DNA of 64,000 nt. Source: Macrostomum lignano. Lineage: Eukaryota. A program made the translations under genes and the position numbers. Of this stretch, positions 46,756 to 59,900 are shown one piece after another; within the stretch, counting starts at the first letter, position 1; the number at the start of each line of letters is the position of its first letter. The stretch lies in contig NIVC01001799.1 of NCBI GenBank assembly GCA_002269645.1, positions 1 to 64,000 on the forward strand, given 5' to 3'. A model generated the notes under the pieces. It was given only the letters and a program-made list of their open reading frames with translations. It searched no databases and was not told the DNA's origin.

Positions 46756-48344
46756 TATAGGATTAGGATTTTAAATACCATTATTTACAAATTTGAAGTT
46801 CAGAAGATAAAAAATATACAGGGTATACAAAGTCTTAGCGCTGGCATAACAGGCATATTACGGATTCCTATCTGTGCATTTTTGCATTTTTGCATTTTGC
46901 AGTGCATTTTGAAACGAAAGTATATATCAAATATATACAAGCGGTCCTTGCTGGAGTATGAATACAATTTCCTGTGCTAATCCAGTCCAGATGTCAACTT
47001 TAAATGTCCACGGTTATGTACCAGTGAGTTGTGGATTTTCTTTTATCAACTACATGTATTATGATGTGCATTTGCATATCGAAGTGCTGGGGTGGCATCA
47101 TGGTCTTACTGCGACTGTACAATGCACACTGCAGAAGAACACCCATGGCACAGAAGTTAAGCAACGTCACTTCATTGATACACAGTGATTGCATTTTAGT
47201 GGGCGCTAGCGTCTTGGGCGCTGGCACCAGAGGCGCAAAGCACCGAACAATTTGAAGCAATCGATGTCGCAGTATTCCACAATATACAGGCAAAGGTTGA
47301 AATTCTTACACAGAAGAAGAGAGTTTGAGGCTTCCAAGCTTTCGGAGGCTTTGGGTAAGAGACAGACAGGCAGACAGAACCGGGGGACCCTCAAGTCATG
47401 TGATTCGGTTCTGCACGCTCACGCGCTCTCCCCGTGACTTGGCTCGGCGATACGAGCTCCCTACTGCCTGCCTGTTAGTCATAGTTAGTGATTACGCAAT
47501 AACTCTCAAGGTCAACCTGTCTGGGCCACCAGTGCCCACCACACACACTCTCTCTCTTCTCTAGCTTCGTCCTTTCCTCCGATTGCGAAGTTCTTTCATT
47601 ATTTTCCATCGCAATAGGGGGGGTCTGACAGTCGGTTATGCAACAGCTCTCTGCGCACACGTCACAGATGGACAGTCTGGGTAAGAGAGACAGAAAAGGT
47701 CATGCCAACCAATGAGATTCGCCTATACGAATATGACAAAACGAATGGCCCCAACCTCAGCCTCCACCGCCCAACTCCAAGCTTATATTCGAGGGCCCCA
47801 GGAAGAAAATGGGTCCCTCCAAGCAGAGCCCCCACTCGCACCGACCTCTCTTTCTGTGCTTTCCCTGTTCGCGCCCTCTGCCACGGTCTTCTTTTTGTCT
47901 GTTTTATTTTCCAAATTCTCGCAGGCGCTTCAAATGTCCACGATGGATTGATCAATATGCATTATTGACACGATCGGCACTTTTTAAGCTGACGCATCAT
48001 CGTGGCCAGATGGAGCACCAGCAGAGAGTTGGAATCAGCATCGACTGTCAAATATGCCCTACAGTCCAAGACTTGTGTGTTGTATTTGATATTATCCATT
48101 TATCTTTGACTATTATTTCTGTATATAACCGGTCGTGTAGACTCGAGGGACCTTCACGTGTTCACTGCAAGATACGCAGTGAGCTGCTGCCGCTGCCGCC
48201 ACTGCTGCTGTGTACACGTGAAGCGCCCTAACCGATCTACGATAATCAGCTGCTAATCCGAATTAGTGTATTTTATTAATCTTACCTATTTTTAATAAGG
48301 ACTTATTTTAATGCGATTGTGATTTAATGTCTGCAGTTTGCTAG

Positions 48345-48935
48345 TTAGTGCACCAGGTGGCGCCAGCAAGGGTACCGGAGTGGCGCCAGTAAGGGTGCCG
48401 AGGGGGCGCCAGTAGGGTACCAGGGGCCCCAGTAAGGTACCAGGGGGCGCCAGTAAGGGTACCAGGGGTCGCCATTAAAGGCACCAGGGGGCGCCAGTAA
48501 GGGTACCAGGGGTCGCCATTAAAGGCACCAGGGGGCCCGAGTAGGGTACCAGGGGTCGCCATTAAAGGCACCAGGGGGCGCCAGTAGGGTACCAGGGGTC
48601 GCAATAAAGGCACCAGGGGGCGCCAGTAGGGTACCAGGGGTCGCCATTAAAGGCACCAGGGGGCGCCAGTAAGGGTACCAGGGGTCGCCATTAAAGGCAC
48701 CAGGGGGCGCCAGTAAGGGTACCAGGGGTCGCCATTAAAGGCACCAGGGGGCGCCAGTAAGGGTACCAGGGGTCGCCATTAAAGGCACCAGGGGGCCCGA
48801 GTAGGGTACCAGGGGTCGCCAATAAAGGCACCAGGGGGCGCCAGTAGGGTACCAGGGGTCGCAATAAAGGCACCAGGGGGCGCCAGTAGGGTACCAGGGG
48901 TCGCAATAAAGGTATCAGGGGGCGCCAGTAAGGGC
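48345..48935. repeat. GC-rich minisatellite, ~40-bp unit (GGGTACCAGGGGTCGCCATTAAAGGCACCAGGGGGCGCCAGTAA)
   Basis: Directly visible tandem array. Confidence 0.92.
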
Positions 48936-49145
48936 ATGGGGGCCGTTTTATTGGCTTGGATGGATTAAGCTGTTACGTTGAATATTTAGCTTAAAATAAA
49001 ACATGAAACTCATCGTATCGCTAGTCAAATAAGATATAAAGAAACTTTCTTATAATCCATTCTTGGTTATTATAAGATTTTTTTTTAAATTAGAGTTCTG
49101 AAAAAGAAATCAGTGATCTAAACTAGATAGACAATGTGAATTCAG

Positions 49146-50245
49146 CTATATTCCAACAAAACGATAGGGCAGAGTTGCTCCAGCGAAGGACATGGCGATA
49201 GCGTCGAGCCAAGGACCTCTGGCCACCGAGTTGACGCAGTCACACGAATCGATGTACGAGGAGGCGAAGACCGCCAGCAAAATGATGTAGCACAGTACTG
49301 GAAATATAATAAACGAAAATATAAGTTCGTGATGTCCTTTTTAGCTACTGTTAGTAGAAATGCATGCAAATCAACGTATAAAGTAAATGTAAATTATAAA
49401 AACGGTTTTATCACCGGCGATGAGGACGGAGACGCTGGCGCTCAGAATCACTGGGCGACTTCTTGCCGCACCGAGAACGAGAGCTGCGACATCTGCGGCC
49501 GCGGCAACCACCAAAGACAGGCAGGCAATGACAGTCAGGGCAGTCATAGCGTTGAACTTCGTCTCTGGATTTGGGGTGGAATGGGGTTGGTTCTTGTGAA
49601 ATTGAGTGGCTAACAGAATTTCAATGGCGTTGTTTTGGTTTAGCAAATTTGTGATGTGAGGAGAGCTGCATGAGTGTCAGGAGAGCTGCATGAGTGTCAG
49701 GAGAGCTGCATGAGTGTCAGGAGAGCTGCATGAGTGTCAGGAGAGCTGCATGAGTGTCAGGAGAGCTGCATGAGTGTCAGGAGAGCTGCATGAGTGTCAG
49801 GAGAGCTGCATGAGTGTCAGGAGAGCTGCATGAGTGTCAGGAGAGCTGCATGAGTGTCAGGAGAGCTGCATGAGTGTCAGGAGAGCTGCATGAGTGTCAG
49901 GAGAGCCAGATGAGTGTCAGGAGAGCCAGATGAGTGTCAGGAGAGCTTAAATGAGTGTATCCAGGTTGGCAGAAATATAAAATTTTCTTTATCCCTTTTC
50001 ACTACTCAGAAAAACAATGTTGAGTAGTAACTTACGGCCGTAAACGTTCTTCATTTCTGAGAATCGATCTGTAAAGTTATACAGGATTTTATTGAAAACT
50101 AACATTTTGTTTCGATTGACAATTGACAACTGTTATAATTGGAGCACTCACTGGGCCAAATAGTGAAACAGGGTGACGCAATGCTAAGCAGCAGGGCCAG
50201 GAAGGTGAAGAAAGCGATTGACGTTGCTGTTAGGTTGAACTGCAT
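49146..50245 (-). CDS. Small four-hydrophobic-segment protein, claudin/PMP22-like (~143 aa); exons 50245-50152, 50068-50036, 49564-49415, 49297-49146
   Basis: All three introns are GT..AG and phase 1, and the spliced frame stays open: MQFNLTATSIAFFTFLALLLSIASPCFTIWP-N-RFSEMKNVYG-Q-TKFNAMTALTVIACL...-V-LCYIILLAVFASSY...GI*. The family call rests on topology only. Confidence 0.7.
49665..49945. repeat. 20-bp minisatellite (GAGAGCTGCATGAGTGTCAG) x~14, intronic
   Basis: Directly visible. Confidence 0.97.
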
Positions 50246-50514
50246 TTTGGTTTCAGAAAAATAAATCCAGTACATCTGTGGCCTGTTTAACTGGATTTTA
50301 TACTGGGCATTTTCAGACTTTGTTATTACGAAGTTTTGGACAATTCTCAGCAAATAAATCAGTTGAAATTCCGCATATGTTGGACCGAAATTGTCGGCAT
50401 AAAAAATGAAGGCAGTGAAGAAGGACTTTTGCTTGATTTGTGCTTTGACAGGAAATTCGCTGTTTGGCATGAATGACCATTCACTTCAGATGTTTTTTAA
50501 AGGAGTTTAGTGCT

Positions 50515-51070
50515 GCATTGTTGGCGCCTCTGTTTTGGCGCCTTTGTTTTGGCGCCTCTGTTTTGGCGCCTTTGTTTTGGCGTCTCTGTTTTGGCGCCTC
50601 TGGTGCTTCATTTTAGCGCCTTTAATGCTTCAGTTTTTGGCGCCTTTTTTGCTTAATTATTGGCGCCTTTAATGCTTCACTTTTGGCGCCTTTTTTGCTT
50701 AATTATTGGCGCCTTTAATGCTTCACTTTTGGCGCCTTTTTTGCTTAATTATTGGCGCCTTTAATGCTTCACTTTTGGCGCCTTTTTTGTGCTTCATTTT
50801 TGGCACCTTTGTTTTGGCGCCTTTGTTTTGGCGCCTTTGTTTTGGCGCCTTTTGTGCTTTATTTTTAGCGCCTTTTGTGCTTCATTTTTGGCGCCTCTTG
50901 TGCTTCATTTTTGGCACCTTTGTTTTGGCGCCTTTGTTTTGGCGCCTTTTGTGCTTTATTTTTAGCGCCTTTTGTGCTTCATTTTTGGCGCCTCTTGTGC
51001 TTCATTTTTAGTGCCTCTGGTGTTTCATTTTTTGCGCCTTTAATGCTTCATTTTTGGCGCCTCTTGTGCC
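50515..51070. repeat. Degenerate TTTTGGCGCC-based tandem/low-complexity array
   Basis: Recurrent TTTTGGCGCC with variable spacers. Confidence 0.9.
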
Positions 51071-51508
51071 TCATTTCTTGGCTTTTCATTTTACTTCCGC
51101 GCGAGTTCAAAGTATTCCAGATTTTTCATGCTTAAAAAATGAATTCAAAGCCTCCCAGCTTGAAGAAATCTCCAATTCCGTGTGCCGTTTATTTACTCTA
51201 TCGATAGACCGAGAGCTCCCAGTAATGCCCAGCCATGCATTAACATTTATAAGTTATGGCCTGTTTTTGGTCCTCTGATAAAGAGGTTTTTTGATTCAAT
51301 AATTTTTTTGCCAGTAGGTAACAAATTTATGTAAAAAAGTTAAAATATAAAATTAGCATTTGAAAAAATTACAAATTACTTCAAGACGTGTAATTTTGCA
51401 ATTTTTTTAGAAAACAAACTTTGTTATAAAAATAGACTTTTTGTTAAAAATATTAGGCGTAGTTGAAGGTTAAGCAAAAATATGGGGCAGCCGAGCCACG
51501 CTGATTGT

Positions 51509-53764
51509 TCAGGAGCGGCAGTCGCGGTGCGGCGGTGCGGAGTCCACATCGGAGCAGATGGACGGCAGGCTCTCGGTCGGCTGCAGCAGGTGGTGCACCG
51601 CGGCCTCCCGACGGGCGCTTCCGCCGGCTCGGCCGGTGCCGCCGCTGCAGTCCCAGTTCAGCACCCGGTTGATGCTGCAGCGGATCCTGTGGTGTCCTCG
51701 GTGCCGGCCTGACGAGTTGCAATTGGCGAAGTTCGACTGTTGCTGCTGCTGCTGCTGCTGCTGCTGTTGTCGCTTTTTCGATTTCTGACACCTGCGCGAT
51801 GCCGAGGTTGCGCAATTCGACTTCGCGCCAATTCGTTGGGCCTTTGAGCAGAACTGAACCTGCGGCTGACAGGAGGTTATCAAAGCGTTCTGCGTCAGGC
51901 AGGCCGTTGTCACTGACGCTGCTGCTGCTGCAGCGGACGCTGAGGCGGCGGAAACGGCGGCTACGGACTGTTGAAGCAGCACGAGCACCGACTGCACCGG
52001 GACCGGGTTGACGCACTGGCACTGACCGGGCGGAATCTCCGCTGCCGGCTTGTGCTGCGACTCGTTCTTCGGCCCCGAATGCAACTGCTGCTTCTTCTGG
52101 TCGGCCGCGGCGGCGTGGAAGATCCGGCTCTGCGCCGAGGTCAGGCTGTCGTAGGAGCCGATGCGGACCATCACGGACTCGGCCGTGGACGAGGTGACGG
52201 TCGATGAATCACACAGCGCCGCCTCCTCCGGATCGGCGGCGCTCGGGCCAGTTTGATTGATGAACTGCTTCAAATCTGTTTCCTTCGGGCCGTGCGAGTC
52301 GTCTTGGCTGCCGGCACCGTCAGTGAGAATTGTGGCCGCCGTGGTTGGGGTCGTCACTTCCCAGTATTTTTCCGATTCATGCGGCTGCGACGGCATGCTT
52401 GTGTGGTTTTTTAGCGTGGCGCCTTTTGCCCGGCTTGTATCCTCTGCTTTCTGCTGCTGCTGCTGGACTGGGGATTCCACAATCTGATAATTGACCGAGT
52501 AAATCTCGTTGAAGGGGTACTGCTGATAAACCACTGCCACTGCCGGCTGGTGCAGCTGCCGGGCCCTGCAGTCTGAGCGGCCCGTGGCGCTGTTCTGGCT
52601 GCTGTCGAACTCGCCGCCGCCTTCGCCGAAGTCCTTCATCCGGTCCCTCTCCGGCGAGCCGTCCTCGGTCATCTTGTCGCTGTTCGAGTCAGCCAGTTCC
52701 AGGCTGCTGTACTCCCGCTTCGCTCGCTCCTCCACCGCCTTCACCGCCGCCTCAGCTTCGGCAGCGTCGTCAGACTGAGGCGCTCCGCCAGCCCCGGCTG
52801 GTTCGCTCCCGCTCTGCTTCACCTGATTTGAGCCGGTCTGCTGCGCCTCCACTGCAGTGCTGTCCGCGTCTACCTGCTGCCCGGTCTCCAGCTCGATGGC
52901 CTGCTCCGACATCCCCCGCTGCTGGCATGGATCATGGCGGTAGAGCAGCTGCTGGGCTGGCTTCACCGAGCCGCTGCTCAAATCATCATCATCGTCTTCC
53001 TCCTCCTGCTTCGCTTCCTCGGGTTCCGGCGGCAGGGCCGCGTCCTGCGGCTGTTCACTGGCCGGCTCAGCGTTCTGGCCGTCCTGCGGCCTCTCGCTGG
53101 GCGGCTCGGCGTTCTGGCCGCTGTCCTCGTCGCTGTGCGAGTCTACCACTAGCGGCATCGCCGTATCCTTCCGGCTGACGGTTCCCTGGCCCGGTTCCTC
53201 TTGCAGAACGTTGCGCAGACTTTCGCTGGTCATGGAGACGCCGAGGCCGTGCACGCCGAAGTTGAAGTAGGAATTGGCCGGGCTGGCCTCGCTGCCCGAA
53301 ATCGTGGTGGCGTCGCTGTTGGAATCGGCCAGCGAGATGGCCGGTTCGGAGCCCAGTTCCAGCGGCTCCATCTCCAGCTTCTTGCCCCATGCCGAAGTAT
53401 CTGGCTCTTGGACGCCGTCTTGACTGCTCGCATCATCGACTGTGGTGAGTTTCGGCCGATCGTCGCGGTTCGGCTTTGCATCCGAGTTGAGCACGTCGCC
53501 TATCAGGGAGTCGTCAGCGCAGCTGCGCAGCTCGCCGGCACCGCAGCTGAACTCGCCAACAGCCTCGTGCGTCGCGCCGCAGTGGCAGACGACGACCAGC
53601 TTGACTCGACGACCGGCGCAGCCCGAGCGGCCGCCGCGGCTCAGGACGATCGGGCAGAACGTGAACACTCGGATTCGCTGAGCTGGCGAATTCGGCTCGT
53701 TGTTCCTGGCGTGTTGCTGACGGCATTCGACGACAAGGCAGGGCAGCGGTGCCGCCTGCGTCAT
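51509..53764 (-). CDS. 751-aa largely disordered acidic, Q/A-rich protein of unknown function (single long ORF)
   Basis: 2.25-kb open frame with GC-rich codon usage like the neighbouring host exons, poly-Q/poly-A tracts and a Cys/His-rich N-terminus. No family recognised. Confidence 0.7.
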   Translation of the reverse strand: MTQAAPLPCLVVECRQQHARNNEPNSPAQRIRVFTFCPIVLSRGGRSGCAGRRVKLVVVCHCGATHEAVGEFSCGAGELRSCADDSLIGDVLNSDAKPNRDDRPKLTTVDDASSQDGVQEPDTSAWGKKLEMEPLELGSEPAISLADSNSDATTISGSEASPANSYFNFGVHGLGVSMTSESLRNVLQEEPGQGTVSRKDTAMPLVVDSHSDEDSGQNAEPPSERPQDGQNAEPASEQPQDAALPPEPEEAKQEEEDDDDDLSSGSVKPAQQLLYRHDPCQQRGMSEQAIELETGQQVDADSTAVEAQQTGSNQVKQSGSEPAGAGGAPQSDDAAEAEAAVKAVEERAKREYSSLELADSNSDKMTEDGSPERDRMKDFGEGGGEFDSSQNSATGRSDCRARQLHQPAVAVVYQQYPFNEIYSVNYQIVESPVQQQQQKAEDTSRAKGATLKNHTSMPSQPHESEKYWEVTTPTTAATILTDGAGSQDDSHGPKETDLKQFINQTGPSAADPEEAALCDSSTVTSSTAESVMVRIGSYDSLTSAQSRIFHAAAADQKKQQLHSGPKNESQHKPAAEIPPGQCQCVNPVPVQSVLVLLQQSVAAVSAASASAAAAAASVTTACLTQNALITSCQPQVQFCSKAQRIGAKSNCATSASRRCQKSKKRQQQQQQQQQQQSNFANCNSSGRHRGHHRIRCSINRVLNWDCSGGTGRAGGSARREAAVHHLLQPTESLPSICSDVDSAPPHRDCRS

Positions 53765-54224
53765 TGCTGCGGAGGTGCAGTAGGTCGCGGTTCCCTGGTG
53801 CTCGAACTCCCGGCTGAATTTGCCTGCCCAGCAGCCGGTTGCGAGATTTTATTTTGAACGTCTCAATCAAGTCAAAGCAGACTTGCGCGCGCTTTGATGA
53901 CTTTTTAGCGTTTCAATTTATCAACTTCTCTATTTAACGATTTTAGTCTATGGCTCCGTCCTCTGCGGCTGCCTAGTTTCTCAGTGGCGTGCTCAAGGGG
54001 TCAGCGGAATGGGCACGATCCTGCTCGCCTCCGTCAAATGGGTCTGCATCAGTCTTGTGATTTGTGGGCCTATGACTGATTTTGGTGTGAACAAAAACCA
54101 GTGTGATGGACCTCCGTTCTCTTCACTGCAAACTGCTAAGTTTAAAACTCTTGAGAGAAAATTGGCACCGGACATTGGATACATAAAATCGATCTTTTCA
54201 AGGGGTTCCAACTGCTAGGTACGC

Positions 54225-54995
54225 GTGACTTTCCATCACCAGCTGGTAGCTGCACCTCACGGGTGAGTGATTTTCCAACACCAACTGGTAACTGCACCTC
54301 ACGGGTGAGTGACTTTCCAACACCAGCTGGTAACTGCACCTCACGGGTGAGTGACTTTCCAACACCAACTGGTAACTGCACCTCACGGGTGAGTGACTTT
54401 CCAACACCAGCTGGTAACAGCACCTCACGGGTGAGTGACTTTCCAACACCAGCTGGTAACTGCACCTCACGGGTGAGTGATTTTCCAACAACAACTGGTA
54501 ACTGCACCTCACGGGTGAGTGACTTTCCAACACCAGCTGGTAACAGCACCTCACGGGTGAGTGACTTTCCAACACCAGCTGGTAACAGCACCTCACGGGT
54601 GAGTGACTTTCCATCACCAAATGGTAGCTGCACCTCACGGGTGAGTGACTTTCCATCACCAGCTGGTAACAGCACCTCACGGGTGAGTGACTTTCCAACA
54701 CCAGCTGGTAACAGCACCTCACGGGTGAGTGACTTTCCATCACCAATTGGTAGCTGCACCTCACGGGTGAGTGACTTTCCATCACCAAATGGTAGCTGCA
54801 CCTCACGGGTGAGTGACTTTCCATCACCAGCTGGTAGCTGCACCTCACGGGTGAGTGACTTTCCAACACCAGCTGGTAACTGCACCTCACGGGTGAGTGA
54901 CTTTCCATCACCAACTGGTAACTGCACCTCACGGGTGAGTGACTTTCCATCACCAAATGGTAGCTGCACCTCACGGGTGAGTGACTTTCCAACTC
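54225..54995. repeat. 42-bp minisatellite (CTGCACCTCACGGGTGAGTGACTTTCCAACACCAGCTGGTAA) x~18
   Basis: Directly visible; explains three overlapping repetitive ORFs. Confidence 0.97.
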
Positions 54996-56094
54996 CAACA
55001 ATAAACAAAGAGCTGACACCAGAGGATTTGAATGCCTGTAAGCGGAGACAATGCCAGCCACTGGTCTAGATCGACATCAAGAGTCTAACGTAGATTATAT
55101 CGCTTTATATTTGTCAACAACTAGTCGAGTAAAGTCGAATCACAATAATAACAATGGAACTCCCAGTAGACAATAATTAGTAATAATTATAAGGACCACA
55201 AAAATTTTATATTCGTTTCAACAAGACAGACACGAAAGCAGCGAAGCAAAAACGCGGATTAAAAAACTTCAGACAAAATTCAAAAAGCGGATTAAAAGGT
55301 CGTAATCTGCAAAATAGTAATAAATTAATAATATAATAGAAAGAATTCCGTAAAAACTGGTGCAACAATGTTTATGTATTACTAACAGTAGCAGTATATA
55401 TAATATCAACGATAATAAAATGGGTAAACACGGGTACACAAAATATTCTAAGTAAATGAAATAAAAATAAACACACTCTTCGAAACACGAGCTGCGAGCT
55501 GCTTGGACAAAAGACGGGCACACGCGCGAACACAAAATGCCAACAAAAGAAATTCGCATGATTTTGATTCAATGGCTGGCTTGAGAGACAGCGGCGTGAC
55601 GAAGGTAGAGAAGTAGATTAGTGAAGAAGTGTCTTAATCGGGTGAATCTTCCGATATGTATCGAAAATAACTTTCCGAAAGAGAAATAAACCATTGAATT
55701 AATTGGAATAGAGGAAGTTGGAGAGGCTTAAAAGATGAATAATACAACACCTGGTTAAAAATGCCAATTAAACTAAGAGACACAAAAATTTATTAATATT
55801 GAAGTATGCATTAGCTAACATATTCTTAGTTCTCACTTTCACAATAATATTTATACATACGGTTCAAACAACAGCACAGAATAATGGTGGTGGACGTTGA
55901 AAAGTTCTCACAACAGGAAATAAAACTGCCAATACAAGCGTAACTAGTTTCATAATTCGGTAAATTGTTTCAATAATTGTTTCTTTATGAACTAGCTTCG
56001 TTTGAGACAAAAAAGTCGAAAAAGGAACAACTGTCTATCAAGATTTGTCTTTAACATATTCAGACTCGCTTAGGAAATTGCAAGAATGGACTCG

Positions 56095-56795
56095 CCGAAT
56101 CACTCGCTAAATCCCTCGCTGAATCTCTCGCTAAATGACTCGCTAAATCACTCTCTAAATGACTCGCTAAATGACTCGCTAAATGACTCGCTAAATGACT
56201 CACTAAATCACTCTCTAAATGACTCGCTAAATGACTCGCTGAATCACTCGCGAAAATCACTCGCTAAATGACTCGCTAAATCACTCTCTAAATGACTCGC
56301 TGAATCACTCGCTAAATGACTCGCTGAATCACTCGCTAAATCCCTCGCTGAATCTCTCGCTAAATGACTCGCTAAATCACTTCCTAAATGACTCGCTGAA
56401 TCACTCGCTAAATGACTCGCTAAATCACTCGCTGAATCACTCCCTAAATGACTCGCTGAATCACTCGCTAAATGACTCGCTGAATCTCTCGCTAAATGAC
56501 TCGCTGAATCTCCCACTAAATGACTCGCTAAATCACTCCCTAAATGACTCGCTGAATCACTCCCTAAATGACTCGCTGAATCACTCGCTAAATGACTCGC
56601 TGAATCACTCGCTAGATGACTCGCTGAATCACTCGCTAAATGACTCGCTGAATCACTCGCTAAATGACTCGCTGAATCACTCGCTAAATGACTCGCTAAA
56701 CGACTCGCTAAATCACTCGCTGAATCACTCCCTAAATGACTGGCTAAATCACACGCAAAATCGCTCGCTAAATCCCTGTCTAGATCACTCGCTAA
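56095..56795. repeat. 12-bp-based minisatellite (AATGACTCGCTA/AATCACTCGCTG)
   Basis: Directly visible. Confidence 0.95.
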
Positions 56796-56970
56796 ATCCC
56801 TCTCTTTAAAAGAACTCATTAAAATGCTGGATAAAACTTGCTTATTGAATGCCCTTAAAAATCATTTAAAACTCGCTTAAAAGTTTCTTTTAAACTTGTA
56901 ATAAGATTTCTGTGAATTGCAGAGCTTCTCTTATAATCAAATCGCAGCTATCTTCCCTCTCCGCCGATCC

Positions 56971-59900
56971 TCAGCCAGTCTTCTCCTCATCCGTGGGCTG
57001 CTGCAGGGTCATCTCTTCGTCCGGTTCGGCCGGCGGCTCCACCCGCTGGTACTCGGCGCGGCGAACAATGTACACCACCAGGATGCAGAAGATGCCAAGG
57101 ACAAAGCCCAGAGTGTTGCTCAGCTTCTCCCAAGCCGGCAGTTTCGAAGCGTCGCTGTTGGGATTAAAAGGATAAAAATCACAAATCGGATTAGACAGCC
57201 AACAGGAATTTGAATCATTGGGATAAATATCCCAAACCAACCAGAGATCCCGCTAGTGCGGATCAATGGGATCAATGGGATAAATATCCCAAACCAACCA
57301 GACAACCCGCTAGTGAGGATCAATGGTAAAAATAGCCCAAACCAACCAGACAACCCACTAGTGAGGATCAATGGGATCAATGGGATCAATGGGATAAATA
57401 TCCCAAACCAATCAGACAAACCGCTAGTGAGGATCAATGGAAAAAATATCCCAAACCAACCAGACAAACCGCTAGTGAGGATCAATGGGATCAATGGGAT
57501 AAATATCCCAAACCAATCAGACAACCCACTAGTGCGGATCAATGGGATCAATGGGATAAATATCCCAAACCAACCAGACAAACCGCTAGTGCGGATCAAT
57601 GGGATAAATATCCCAAACCAACCAGACAACCCGCTAGTGAGGATCAATGGGATCAATGGGATCAATGGGATAAATATCCCAAACCAACCAGACAACCCAC
57701 TAGTGAGGATCAATGGGATCAATGGGATCAATGGGATAAATATCCCAAACCAATCAGACAAACCGCTAGTGAGGATCAATGGAAAAAATATCCCAAACCA
57801 ACTAGACAACCCGCTAGTGAGGATCAATGGAAAAAATATCCCAAACCAACCAGACAAACCGCTAGTGAGGATCAATGGGATAAATATCCCAAACCAACCA
57901 GACAACCCGCTAGTGAGGATCAATGGGATAAATATCCCAAACCAACTAGACAAACCGCTAGTGAGGATCAATGGGATAAATATCCCAAACCAACTAGACA
58001 ACCCGCTAGTGAGGATCAATGGGATAAATATCCCGAACCAACCAGACAACCCGCTAGTGAGGATCAATGGAAAAAATATCCCAAACCAACTAGACAACCC
58101 GCTAGTGAGGATCAATGGGATAAATATCCCACGAAAAAGAATGCAAGGAAAATGATCCCAACTCACTCGTGGAACGCGTTCTTCTCAGTGATGCCGGTGA
58201 TGGCGGTGACGGTGGTCATGCAGAACAGGATGACGCCCCAGTGCTGGTGAATAGGCAGGTACATCTTGCGGTAGCTCTGCGGAGTCTGCGGCAGCAGGAA
58301 GTGGATCAAGCCGCCGACCCACTGCAGGCAGAACAGCAGGACGCAGGTGAGGCCCAGCCAGGAGTGCAGACTCCACATGTTCGGCTTGGGGGGCTTGCTC
58401 AGGTTATGCGAGTCGAAGACGGCCTTCAGGCCGACGATGGCAAAAATGAGGGCCAAGATGTGCAACGAGGCGTGGATGACCTTGACGCGGAACTTCTTGA
58501 CGCTGCGGAACACGCGGTAGACTAGGATTCCTGCGGGGATGGAGTGCCATGGGGATCATTGGGGATGAGTGCCATGGGGATCATTGGGGATGGAGTGCCA
58601 TGGGGATTATTGGGGATGGAGTGCCATGGTGATCATTGGGGATGAGTGCCATAGGGATTATTGGAGATGGAGTGCCATGGTGATCATTGGGGATTGAGTG
58701 CCATGGGGATCATTGGAGATGGAGTGCCATGGTGATCATTGGGGATGGATAGAGGCCATGGGGATCATTGGGGATGGAGTGCCATGGGGATCATTGGGGA
58801 TGGATTCCAGAAATGCAGAGGTCCCCAGCTCCCCGCCAAGTCCCCAAGCCTCACCGTCAGCATAGAGAAACACCAGCCCGATCACCATGAACAACGGGTG
58901 GAAGTTGAAAACTCTCTCGGGCACCCAGCTGAAGCCGCCGTGGTAGACGGACATCCACACCGCAGTGAGGATCACGGCTAGAAGGCCGACCGCCTGAGGA
59001 AAATGTTGGATGGGAGATTTGAGGTGATGCTTTGCTGCCGTAGTGCTTCCGGCTGGTTGACTGAGATTGGGATATTTCTGGGACTGCAGATGAGGAATGT
59101 GAAATTTCATGAGCTGGTTTAGTGGTGTGGGATCTGAGATGGTATGGGATTTGATATTGTATGGGATCTGATATGGTATGGGATCTGATATGGTGTTGGA
59201 TCTGATATGGTGTGGGATCTGATATGGTGTGGGATCTGATATGGTGTGGGATCTGATATGGTGTGGGATCTCTGATATGGTGTGGGATCTGATATGGTAT
59301 GGGATCTGATATGGTGTGGGATCTCTGATATGGTGTGGGATCTGATATGGTGTGGGATCTGATATGGTGTGGGATCTGATATGGTGTGGGATCTGATATG
59401 GTGTGGGATCTGATATGGTGTGGGATCTCTGATATGGTGTGGGATCTGATATGGTGTGGGATCTCTGATATGGTGTGGGATCTGATATGGTGTGGGATCT
59501 GATATGGTGTGGGATCTGATATGGTGTGGGATCTGATATGGTGTGGGATCTGATATGGTGTGGGATCTGATATGGTGTTGGATCTGATATGGTGTGGGAT
59601 CTCTGATATGGTGTGGGATCTGATATGGTGTGGGATCTGATATGGTGTGGGATCTGATATGGTGTGGGATCTGATATGGTGTGGGATCTGATATGGTGTG
59701 GGATCTGATATGGTGTGGGATCTCTGATATGGTGTGGGATCTGATATGGTGTGGGATCTGATATGGTGTGGGATCTGATATGGTGTTGGATCTGATATGG
59801 TGTGGGATCTGATATGGTGTGGGATCTGATATGGTGTGGGATCTCTGATATGGTGTGGGATCTGATATGGTGTTGGATCTGATATGGTGTTGGATCTGAT

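Noticed and set aside
7886-53953. CCATAGAC as an RFX X-box
   Set aside because: The flanks do not fit GTNRCC(N0-3)RGYAAC; only the CCATAG core is shared.
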